NCBI GenBank assembly: GCA_963514005.1
Contig: OY740811.1
Span: forward strand, 26,846,001-26,910,000
DNA length: 64,000 nt
Direction of reading: 5' to 3'
Source: Raja brachyura
Lineage: Eukaryota
Position numbers and translations under genes: made by a program. Each line of letters begins with the position of its first letter. The stretch's first letter is position 1. Shown here one piece after another: positions 25,496 to 37,121 of the stretch. The notes beneath the pieces were generated by a model, which made no database searches, was not told the DNA's origin, and saw only the letters and a program-made list of their open reading frames with translations.

Positions 25496-25790
25496 ATGGC
25501 ATAGTGTCACAGCTGGATGCTCAGCGCCAGAGACCTGGGTTCGATCTTGAACTTGGGTGCTCTCTGTGTGGAGTTTGCATTTTCTGCCTGTGACAACATG
25601 GTTTCTTCCGAAAACCCAAAGATGTGCGGGTTTGTAAGTTAAATGGCCTCTGTAAATTGCCCCTAATGTGTAGGGTGTGGATGAGAAAGTAGGATAGCAT
25701 AGAACTTGTGTGAATGGGTGATCAGTGGTTGGCGTGGACTCGGGTGGGCCACAGGGCCTGTTTCCATGCTGTATCTCCAAATGAAAACTA
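25496..25790 (+). mobile_element. tRNA-derived V-SINE (HE1-like)
   Basis: Head cagcgccagagacctgggttcgatc, V-core, and CR1-derived tail ggactcgggtgggcc..gggcctgtttccatgctgtatctc. Confidence 0.8.
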
Positions 25791-27432
25791 TCATCTTCCT
25801 TTGTGTGAAGTATTACTCCAATCATGTGCGAGTTTTCCTTTGATGCCCATTGACTTCAGATTTACAAGGCTCCTTAACGTCCCACATGGTCAAATACTTC
25901 CTTGCTATCAAGGGCAGTCATTCTCACCTCTCTTCTGGAATGGCTCCTTGGCCCATGTTTGTAGCCCACTTCATCACTTTGATGATTGACAGTAGATTAT
26001 TTGGGCAGTAATTAGGTTGGATTTCGATTGCTTTTTATGGACTGGTCATTTCTGTGCAATTTTCCATGTTGTCAGGTTTTATTTCCCTCCTGGGATAAAT
26101 AAAGTTGTATTGTATCGTAGGTGCTAGTGCTGAAACTGCAAGAATAACTGGACTAGTGGCACAACAATGAACACTATTTCATTCTACAAATCCAGAAAGG
26201 TCTTCCCTCAGTCTCACAAATTGCTGTATTTGGAATCTTGTGTGAAATTGATTGTCTACTACAATGACCTTGTTGATTTAAAGCACTTGGGGAAAATCCA
26301 GGAGGTTATGGAACTTTTGATAAATATGAGAAATGCTATCCATAATCCCAATGCTTTAACTGCAATTGCTATACCCAAATGTCCATTCCAAATATGGATT
26401 AGAGGTGATAAGTGATGAAGACAAAAGGCTGCAAATAGTGGAATCTGATAGGAGAGGACAGTGGGGAGGGAAATATAGAACCAGAAGGAGGGATGGTGGG
26501 TAGAAGGACACGGCGGTGGGGGAAGGTGCTGCATGATCCACTGGGTTCCTCCAGCAGTTTGTTTCAAAGGCTGACATTAGCACAGTGCAGTTGGCAGCAC
26601 TTTCACTACTGTCATCATTGTCACCCTTGCTCCTGGACCAGTGCTAACGTGGTGTTATGAATCAGATCAGATTACTTCTGAGGTGCATGGTAATAGTCCC
26701 ACAGCTGTGAGAAGAGACATTCTTGACCAGTATTCATTTAATTTGTTGTGAGGACCATTGGGATATGTTCATTGCTGTGGATGGATACATTTTGCCACAA
26801 AACTCATACTCGTACTTCAGAAAGTGCAAAGTATGCAAATCCTATTTTTGTATGGATGATTATATATTTCAATGGCACTTTACAAAATCCAGAAAGGACT
26901 ATCTGGCTTCCTCTAGAAATCCCACCACCTCAGATAGAAACATGTTAAAAAAAAAGTTGCCCCTTGGGTTCCTTTTAAATCTTTCCCCCCCTACCTTAAA
27001 CCTATATCCTTAAACCTATAACCTTAGCCGATTGGCCTATGCTTCTTCCTAATTCCTGAAGCCCTATGAGCTCAAAATGCTGGAGTCGGAGTGAAGTAAC
27101 TCGAGTAACCAGACTCATAGTCAGTAGAAACATAGAAAATAAGTGCAGGAGTAGGCCATTCGTCACTTTGAGTCAGCACCGCCATTCAATATGATCATGA
27201 CTGATCATCTAAAATCAGTACCCCATTCCTGCTTTTTCTCCATATCCCTTGTTTCCCTTAGCTCAAAGAGCTAAATCTAACTCTCTCTTGAGGGTTCCAA
27301 GGCGAAGCATTGTCTACCTGTCCTCTAGAGATGCTGCCTGATCCGTTAAGTTTCTCAGGCACTTTGTATTTTGTTCAAAATTCCAGCATCTGCAGTTTCT
27401 AGTGTCTCCTGAATTCCCTTGATTTGAATTCC

Positions 27433-27525
27433 CAGTCTGAAGAAGGGTCTCGACCCGAAACGTCGCCTATCTCCTTCACTCCTTAGATGCTGCTGCACCC
27501 GCTGAGTTTCTCCAGCTTTTTGTAT
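27433..27525 (+). mobile_element. Penelope-terminus short repeat with an intact minimal hammerhead core
   Basis: CTGAAGA-A-GGGTCtcGACCC-GAAAC-GTC at 27437-27464. Confidence 0.75.
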
Positions 27526-27949
27526 TTCCCTTGATTTGACATGTTGTTGTCATTGCTGTAATTCCGGAAATCTGCCGCAAGGTGGCGAGTCCTTGCAGTG
27601 AGAGGTAATGCTCCTCATTTGCCGGTGGATGGGGCAGTGGGCGTAGCGCCCCCGAGCGGCCGGCATGCGGTGCCGCAGTGGGTTTGCCCTGAGTTAGTTC
27701 TCTCTGGGCATCCCAGCCTAGAGGTTCAATGTAGCTGGTCAATATCTTGACACTTTCAGAACGGGTTTTGATATCTTGACACTTAAAAAAATTAGGTTTT
27801 ACTTACAGGTTTAGGTATATTTTTGTCACATGTATCGAGGTCCAGTTAAAAGTTATGTTTTGCATGCCATCTAAACAGATCAGATATACCATACCATACA
27901 TAGAAACATAGATACAATGACTGGGAAGATACAGAGTGCAGAATATAGT

Positions 27950-29412
27950 CTGGGTGGAGTTTTTACGGACATTTTCAACCTGTCACTTCTGAGGTCTGAG
28001 GTTCCCACCTGCTTCAAAAGGGCATCAATAATACCGGTGTCCAAGAAGAGAAAGGTGATGTGCCTCAATGACTATCGACCAGTGGCATTAACGCCTGTGG
28101 CGATGAAGTGCTTTGAGAGGTTGATCATGGCGAAAATCAACTCCTACCTCGACAAAAACCTGGACCCACTGCAGTTCGCTTACCGCCACAACAGATCAAC
28201 GGTGGATGCGATCTCACTCGCCCTCCACTCCGCTCTGGACCACTTGGACAACAAAGACTCATATGTCAGGCTGTTATTCATCGATTACAGCTCGGCATTT
28301 AACACTATCATCCCCTCCAAGCTGGTTACCAAACTCGCAGAACTGGGACTCTGTGCATTCCTCTGCAATTGGATCCTTGACTTCCTCATTCACAGACCAC
28401 AGTCTGTTTGTATTGGTGGAAATGTGTCAGACTCGATAACAATCAGCACGGGAGCACCTCAAGGCTGTGTGCTCAGCTCCTGTTGCACTCACTCTATACT
28501 CATGACTGCGTAGCCGGTCATAGTGCGAACTCCATCATCAAGTTTGCTTACGACACCACTGTTGTGGGACGTATCACTGATGGGGATGAGCCAGAGTATA
28601 GAAGAGAGATCGAGCGACTGTCCATATGGTGCCAGCACAATAACCTGGCCCTCAACACCAGCAAAACCAAGGAACTGATTGTGGACTTTGGAAGGAGTAG
28701 GATGGGGACCCACAGTCCTGTTTATATCAACGGGTCAATGGTTGAAAGGGTCAAGAGCTTCAAATTCCTGGGCGTGCACATCTGTGAAGATCTTTCCTGG
28801 TCCGAGAACACAGATGCAATTATTAAGAAAGCTCATCAGCGCCTCTACTTCCTGAGAAGATTACGGAAAGTCGGCCTGTCAAGGAGGACTCTCTCTAACT
28901 TCTACAGGTGCACAGTAGAGAGCTTGCTGACCGGTTGCATCGTGGCTTGGTTCGGCAACTTGAGCGCCCTGGAGAGGAAAAGACTACAAAAAGTAGTAAA
29001 TACTGCCCAGTCCATCATCGACTCTGACCTTCCTTCCATCGAGGGGATCTATCACAGTCGCTGCCTCAAAAAGGCTGGCAGCATCATCAAGGACCCACAC
29101 CACCCTGGCCACACACTCATCTCCCTGCTATCTTCGGGTAGAAGGTACAAGAGCCTGAGGACTGCAACAACCCGGTTCAGGAACAGCTACTTCCCCACAG
29201 CCATCAGGCTATTAAACTTGGCTCGGACAAAACTCTGAACATTAATACCCCTCCATCTGTTATTTGCACTTTATCAATTTATTCATTCATGTGTGTATTT
29301 ACGTATATAATTGTAGTCAATGCCTACTATGTTCTGTTGTGCTAAGCAAAGAAAGAATTTCATTGTCCTGTTAGGGACACATGACAAATTCTTTTGACTT
29401 TTGACTTTGACT
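27950..29412 (+). mobile_element. Rex1/Babar-clade non-LTR retrotransposon, 5'-truncated, reverse transcriptase disrupted
   Basis: [55 protein letters not shown]; one frameshift near 28480; (ttgac)n tail. Confidence 0.92.
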
Positions 29413-29415
29413 TAG

Positions 29416-30960
29416 TTATCAGCATTGTGGCGCATCAATCCTATCGATAAATAAATTTGTCTTCAATGCTGTAGAGGTGAATCGGACAGTACCTTAGCTC
29501 ATGCAAGGACTGTTCAGATGCCCGATCACAGTAGGGAATAAGTTGTTCCATGAGTCGGGAGGTGTGCGCTTTCAAGCTTCTGTTCCTTCTGCCAGATGGG
29601 AGCAGGGAGAAGGAGGAATGACCGGGGTGAGACAATTTTATGATTGTGTTGACTGCTTTTCCAGGGTAGCTTGAAGTGAAGATGGAATCTATGCTTGTGT
29701 TGGAGTCAAGTCAAGAGTGTTTTATTGTCATATGTCCCAGATAGGAAACTCAAACTTGCTGCAGCACAACAGAACATGGAAACATAGTACACAACGGAAG
29801 AAAAAAAAGTTCAATAAATAAACAAAAAGTGCAATAATAATAGTCTGTTATAATTCAGAGCTTATTTGCTGTAGTGTTTAATAGCCTGATGGCTGTAGAG
29901 AAGCTGGTCCTGAACCTGGTCGTTACAGTTTTCAGGCTCCTGTACCTTCTTCCCGATAGCAATGGTGAAATGAATGTGTGGCCAGGATGGTGTGGGTCTT
30001 TGATGATGTTGGCCGCCTTTTTGAGGCAGTGACTTCAATAGATCCCGTCGATGTTGGGGAGGTCAAGTCTATGAAGTGAAGGTGGAGTCAGTGGTGAGTA
30101 GTCTGGATTGTGTGATGGGCTGGGCTCCATCTATACCTTACTGCAATTTCTTGTGGTCTGAGCTTAATTTCTTGGGCAGAGCTATTCCCAAATCAATCGG
30201 TGATGCATCCCGACAGTGTGCTTTCTCCGTGCATCTGAGAAGTTTGTAAGAACCTCTGGAGACATGCTGAATTTCCTCAGTCTCCTCAGGAAGTAGACTA
30301 AATACTGTGTGCCTTTTTGTCTGTTGCATCAAAGTGGTTGGTCCACGACAGATCATTGGTAATATTTACGCCAAGGAACATGAAGCTCTCAACCATTTTC
30401 ATTTCTGCACCATTGATATTGTTTGGGGCATGTACTCCCATACTTCCTGAAGTAAATAACTAGCTCCTTTATCTTGCTGACATTGAGGGAGAGGTTATTG
30501 TCCTGACACCGTATCACCAAGTTCTCTCTCTCTTTCCTATACTACATCTTGTCATTGTTTAGCCCACCCAGTGGTGTCGTCTGCAAACTTGTGGGTGGAA
30601 TTAGTCAAATTTTTGGCTGTGGAGTCGTGAGTGTAAAAGGACTACAGTAGGGGACTGAGAATGTATCCTTACGAGGCAACAGTGTTGAGAATTATTGTCG
30701 AGGTGACTTTTCGTTACTGATTAAGATCTGTGGATTAGAAAGTTGAGGATCCAGTGGCGGAGAAGAGAGCTGATATTCATTGTAAGAATTTCATTGTTCT
30801 ATCTGGAACATATGACAATAAAACACTCTTGATTCTTGATTTCTAGGTCCAGGAGTTTGGAGAAAGGTTTGGATGAAATGATGGTGTTGAGGCAGAGCTG
30901 CAGTCAATAAATAGGGGTCTAACATAGGAGTCGTTGTTGTCCAGGTGCATTAGATTTTCA
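29416..30960 (-). mobile_element. Nested degraded Rex1/Babar fragments
   Basis: Minus ORF HPGHSSFSLLPSGRRNRSLK; gtgtcgtctgcaaactt is the reverse complement of KFADDT; two 3' tails. Confidence 0.85.
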
Positions 30961-32495
30961 GTGTCATTTTCTATGCTTTGTTGGGCTGATTCCTCAAACA
31001 CCATTTTCCCTTCTGTTATTCCAATAGCATACAGTCAGTTCACAGCATTGTTGTGACATTTATATCAGGATAGTATCTGATAAGGAGTCAAGATTGGAGC
31101 CATTAATTGAAAGTTAATTACACTCTCACCAATATAGTCACAGATCTGTGCACCACGGAAATAGGCCCTTTGGTCCACCATGTCCATGCCCACCGCCTTG
31201 CCATTCTGGGCTCATCCCATTTGGTGTATTGCTTTCTTCCTATCCATATATCTGTCCAAATATATTTTAAAAGTTGTAATTACATCAGCTTCTATAGTTT
31301 CCTCTGGCAGCTCATTCCAGATATGCAGTACCATCTGAGTGAAAACTTGACTTTTTATGTTTCTCCTGCCAAAGTAGATAACTTCACATTTATACTCGAG
31401 TTACTCCAATGGCCCTGCACATACTTGTTCATTATAGTGCCTTGAAACCTTTTTGCTTCATTAAATATCTCAATCATTGTCATCTTTTGAAAAATAAATT
31501 CATTTCCTTCGTCTGGATTATTGATGAACTGTGAACATCTGGGTCTTGAGCACCGATCCCCGTGGTAGTCCACTAGTCACCAGCCACACAGTGACAGGCC
31601 CATTTACTCCTTCTGTTTCCTGTCTGTCAACCGATTCTCAATCCTTGTCAGCATATTGTTTAGCTTAGCTCCCAATTCCATGTGCTTCAACAATCAGCTC
31701 AAATACCAACAGGTGGAAGAGAAAAGAAACAAAGCAATAACTTGAATGTGAAATAGCTGAGGGCTGCGATGTGCCCATGGAACAGTACAGCACAGGAACA
31801 GGCCCTCCGGCCCATAATATCCATGCCGAACATGATGCCAAGTTAAACTAATCTGCTTTGCCTGGATGTGAACCATATCCCTCCATTTCCTGCATTTTCA
31901 TGTGAAATGTAAAATCATTACTGGCCGAAGTGAGATTCAAACATATCTAATCCAGCCCTTTGGATGCAAGCCCAGTAACTTATTCATTCGACAACCATGC
32001 CAGTGTAAAGATGGAAGCTGAGTTACTGTTGGATACAAAAAACAAAAAGTGCTGGAGGAACTTAGCAGTTCAGGCAGCATCTGTGGAGGGAATGGACAGA
32101 TTACGTTTCTGGTCAGGACCCTTCTTCAAACCCTGACTCATTATTCCAGCCACGTGTCTTTCCTCAGCACTCTTCCTTCTGTGTCTGAGATTGCTGGAAC
32201 ACCGGACAAGGCCATAAACCAAGGTCACAATGTGTGTAGGAGGGAAAATTAAAGCGACAGATGACTTGAAACTCAGGCTCATCCTTCTGCACTGAACATA
32301 GATGTTGCACAAAACAATTGCCCATTCTGCATTTAGTTTACCATTGTGGAGAAGATCACATTGTGAGCATCAAATGTCATACAGGCTGGAAGTAATCCCT
32401 GACCTAGTGGTCAAACTGTGACCCAGCGTTGTACCCACCTTCCCTCAACTCCCTTGCCAAACAGCACTGAAATATTCACAATTTGTACTCTGGCC

Positions 32496-32764
32496 TGTTG
32501 TGTGTTCCTGTTGACCACATTATAGCGAGCCACTTCTTGTGAATCAAAAGTGATCTTTATTAAGTAATACAGAGAACAGCACATACGTGACTTGGGAAGG
32601 TTCTCCCAGAGTGCTGACTATATACCAGGGCACACCCCTCAACCGCGTGATGACTTCTTCACGCCAAACACAGTAAGGTGACCCTGCCAGTCCTAGTGCC
32701 GAGGGTTCGTTCAGTAAGTGGCCTTACCACCAGGTGGCACCAACCACCAGTTGGCGCCACAACA
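32496..32764 (-). mobile_element. Probable solo LTR (269 bp)
   Basis: Termini TGTTGTG...CACAACA; TATATA and then AATAAA in promoter-to-polyA order on the minus strand; no clear TSD. Confidence 0.5.
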
Positions 32765-33288
32765 TCTTGTTCAATTCTCAAGACATTAAGCGGTGTGATT
32801 TGCTCCCTAAAACTAACTGCCTCATTCCCTTTTAAGATGCTAAAAACATACCTCTTTGACTAACTTATCTGTCTTAATGTCCTTTAATAAAAAGAGAAAA
32901 TGCTGACAAAACTCATCCAGATACTGTAGGTAGCCTTTGTATCGAGGGGGTTGTCTTAAGAGTTAATTATAATTGTTGTAATTGTAATTAAGTTATTCGG
33001 CAAGTATGTAAACATACAAGGAATGTGTCTGATTGCTTCGTTAGTGCCTCTTATCTACTATGTGGCTCCGTTAATTTTGTCTATTTACATTTTCTGTACA
33101 TAAAGCACTTTATTATTAAAAGCTGTTGTCCTGTGAGTGGGGTCCATGATGAGTTGTTGGGTTTGTTTAAAACCTTGAGCATGAATGTTTTAAAAAACAA
33201 GCTCGGTACTTTTATTAGCTCACATTCCTGGTGCCAACTAGAGTTACTCATGGCTGACATGTGAGTAGTGTGTCTGGAGACTTGGCCG

Positions 33289-33331
33289 TGTGTGTCTGTG
33301 TGTGTGTGTGTGAGAGAGAAAGAGACAGACA
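33289..33331. repeat. (TG)n/(GA)n compound microsatellite
   Basis: Read directly from the sequence. Confidence 0.85.
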
Positions 33332-33422
33332 GAATTACTGAGCTTGTTGCTAACGAACGATCCAAATGAATTTAGAAACATTTCAGAGGGGAAGTAAACT
33401 TTAGTGAATGATTCAGAATACA

Positions 33423-33556
33423 GAGTCTGAAGAAGGGTCTCGACCCGAAACGTTGCCTATTTCCTTCGCTCCATAGATGCTACCTCACCCGCTGAGTTTC
33501 TCCAGCATTTTTGTCTACCTTCGATTTTCCAGCATCTGCAGTTCCTTCTTAAACAG
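33423..33556 (+). mobile_element. Penelope-terminus short repeat with a minimal hammerhead core
   Basis: CTGAAGA-A-GGGTCtcGACCC-GAAAC-GTT at 33427-33454. Confidence 0.75.
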
Positions 33557-36094
33557 AATACATACTTTGTCATTTTATCCTCACCCTGGAGATGTCAAGA
33601 CTTTACTGGCTTGCTGATTCATAAGCCCAGCTAACAGTTAGCTGTTCATAAGTGACCGTCATCATTTACAGGCATTGATTATTTGACTGGATGGCTTAGG
33701 AGTTCAATACCATTCTCGTCCATGTCACCATGACTGCTTGCAACAAGGTCGCTGCATAGTGACCCTGTACGACAGTCCCAGCTGATGTTATTTTCAATGT
33801 GCTTTCTGTGGCTCTAGGGTGCGCCAGCTGTACCTATCCCTATGGATACTGCTTTCCAGACCTGGGCCAGCTATTTGACACTTGGAAGCTTGGAGAGTAT
33901 AATATGGGGTACTCAGAGTGACAATGCTGCGGAGCTTTAGTCCATGCTAGTGCAGTAAATGTTTCTTGCTGAACAAGGAATTCGGCCTTGTACCTTAACA
34001 TATCACAAGGTCATTCTTATTGCACAGCTCTGTGAACGAACCAACCTATTTTTGGATTGCCACTTCCTCTGGTTTCATATCAATCAACATTTCATCTGAG
34101 TGGGGAACTATAGGGTCTAGACTTGGTTACTATACAGCCCTTCATTAGTTAGGTTTGCACGATGTTCATGATTAGAGGACTGTGGTTTTGAAGTCTTCAT
34201 AATAAAACGAGTGAACAGATGATGTACCCCAGGATAAAACAAACTGGAGTAAGCCACTCGGCCCATCGAGTGTGCTCTGTCATTTAATAAATTAATGGCT
34301 GATATGATTGTGACATTTTGCGTATGGCGTGCACAGCCTAAAGTTGTAGATCTAGGATGGTCATCCAGGCCAGGACAGCATCAGTTACTGGGTGGATGGC
34401 TTTAATGCCCCCAGGGAAAAGCCTCAGTGAGCAATCATTCATGATATGTGGGATGGTCTGGTCTGGATGTCCGCAGTCACAAGCAGGACTGAAACGCTGC
34501 ATTCCCACTTTATTTTCATAAGGTCATCAGTGATAGGAGCAGAATTAAGCTATTCGGCCCATCAAGTCTGCTCCGCCTTTCAATCAAGGCTGATCTATCT
34601 CTGTCTCCTAACCCTATTCTCCTGCCTTCTCCCCATAAGCCCTCACATCAATGTGGTGATCTTTCATAATCTTGCCTATCAATAATGTACGTACCTTCAT
34701 CTTAAAACTATTCAAAGACTCTGCCTCCATAACCCTGTGAGGAAGACAGGGCAAGTTTCCAAATATGCTGCCTCTAGCACCTTATCTACAGTGCAGCCAC
34801 ATTTAGGGATCTTTTGACTTGACCCTACCTGTCATTGTGCATTAACCTTATTAGTCCTTCCAAAGTGCAGCACCATGCACTTATTAGGATCAACTTTGAA
34901 CTACCATTGGCCTGTCCATTTTATCAACTGATCAATATCATCCTGTAGCCTCTCCTCTGATACTGGAATTGGCTAATTTTAATGATGATGAGACACAATT
35001 AAGATTGGTGTTGTAATTGTTAAAGTCAATGCTGCTGTGATTTACCAGAAATGGTCTGAAGGGCCCTGACAAAGTAACTGAGGATTGGCAATTGGGGAAG
35101 CTTGAGCAAAGGGAAAGATAGGAGTGCAGAAATTAGTTTTCAGCATTGTTGCTCATCAGTTCCTTGCACGATGTCCAATGTCCTCAACAATGGGATAGAG
35201 ATTAATCAAACAGTACCGTAGTTTATGGAAGGACTGTCCAGAAACCTGATAATGGGGGGGAGGTGAAGAATCTGGTGGTGCACAAATCAAATAATTTAAA
35301 TCTATTTAATGTGTTGGGCAAGAACTTCCAAAAAGAGCAAGGGAGGCGAGCACTATGGGTATGTTGGTGTGACTAATCCAGCTGTGTTCACCACGGGATT
35401 ATTAGTCTCCAACAAGCAAGTGATAAACTATTGCGGAATGTCCTGAAGTACTTCACAGTCAGTGAAGTACTTTTGAAATGTTGTCACTGCTATGATTTGG
35501 GCATGCGGCAGCAAATTTGCTCACCCAAAGATCTAAAAATAATTAAAGACCGGATATTCTGTTTTTGAAAAAGTTGGTTGCAGGATGAATATTGGTCAGA
35601 ATACAGTGAGAGTTCTGTTGTTGTTTACGTGAGAGGCATGGATATAACCTGTTATCTGACATTGGATCGCTCCCTCATTGTGGGCTGGGTTGTTAGCTTG
35701 GATCCTTCTGCTCATGACTGGAGTGCAGCTGAAACCCACAACTTAAGGTAGAACGTATTACATTGAACTCAGATCTGGGGGCCCAGTGCCCCTGCTCCAC
35801 ACATGCTTACTGCTGCTCTGGAAGAGGATACGCTGTCTGGAAGGGCATGATCCTGTTCCGTGACTGTGTTATGTACGGACCGAGAAGTACTGGGTTGTTA
35901 ACGGGTTTCAGTTCGCCAAGTTTTAATCCATTGAATGCTCGTAGTGTCAGCGTGATTTACAAGTTGCAGCTGACGCTGTTGCTGGTAAATATAACGCCCA
36001 CACGAGTGGGTCAGTTATAAAGCTGCTGAGTTCTTGTTGTAATAACCTCTCTCTCTCTCTGGTCTTGCAGATGATTTGATCCCCAGAACTCAGC

Positions 36095-37121
36095 ATGGAA
36101 AGGCCGAGCATGCTGACCCAGACCTCGGTGCTGCCGTTCTTTGACCCCAGTCACGCCCTCAACATCCTGCAAGGCATCAACGACCTGCGAGTGGAGCGCA
36201 AGTTCTTCGACATGACACTGTGGGTGGACGGGCAGGAGTTTCCCTGCCACCGCACCGTGCTGGCCGCCGCCAGCCACTACTTCAAGGCCATGTTTGCCGG
36301 CTGGCTGAAGGAGAGCTACGCCGAGCGGGTGGAGCTGCACGGGGTGAAGGCCGACATCCTGGGCCTGCTGCTCGACTTCTCCTACACGGGCAAGGTGACC
36401 GTCACCCAGGGCAACGTGGAGCCGCTGGCCCGCGCCGCCGACCTCTTCCAGTTCCACTCGGTGAAGGAGGCGTGCTGCGCCTACCTGGAGCACCAGCTGG
36501 ACGTGAACAACTGCCTGGAGATCCAGGAGTTCGCGGAGGCCTACGCCTGCAGGAGCCTGGCCGAGAGCGCCAAAGGCTTCATCCTGCGCCACATCGTCGA
36601 GCTGTCGGAGGAGAAGGAGTTTGAGGCCTTGCCTCAGCGCCGGCTGCTGGAGTACCTGTCCGACGACCGGCTGCACGTGGACAAGGAGGAGGCCGCCTAC
36701 CAGCTGGCCCTGCGCTGGGTCAAGGCCGACCCCAAGCGCCGGCTGCGCTTCTGGCCCGAGCTGTTCGAGCACGTGCGCCTGCCCTTCATCCGCCGCTTCT
36801 ACCTGCTGGCCTACGTGGAGAGCGACCCGCTGGTCTACTACTCGCCCTTCTGCCTCAAGCTCATCCACCAGGCCCGGGCCTTCCAGTCGTCCGCTTACGA
36901 CCGGCACGACTACCCTTGCGAGCGGATGAGGGCCCGGCCCTCCACCGGCCTGGCCGAGATCCTGGTGGTGGTGGGCGGCTGCGACAAGGACTGCGACGAG
37001 CTGGTGACGGTCGACTGTTTCAACCCACAGACCGGCCAGTGGAGATACCTGGCCGAGTTCCCCGACAACCTGGCCGGCGGCTACAGCATCACCGCCTTTG
37101 GCAATGACATCTACGTAACCG
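36095..37121 (+). CDS. KLHL21: KLHL21 coding exon 1 (BTB-BACK-kelch 1), ending at a GC donor
   Basis: [25 protein letters not shown]...DIYVT G|gcaagt. Confidence 0.95.

Noticed and set aside
27917-29238. An active or domesticated reverse transcriptase gene
   Set aside because: 5'-truncated, frameshifted, catalytic FADD mutated to FAYD, and it ends in a retroposon tail.
36011-36907. 298-aa antisense ORF and alternate-frame ORFs over KLHL21 exon 1
   Set aside because: Shadow ORFs caused by extreme GC3; no recognisable domain.
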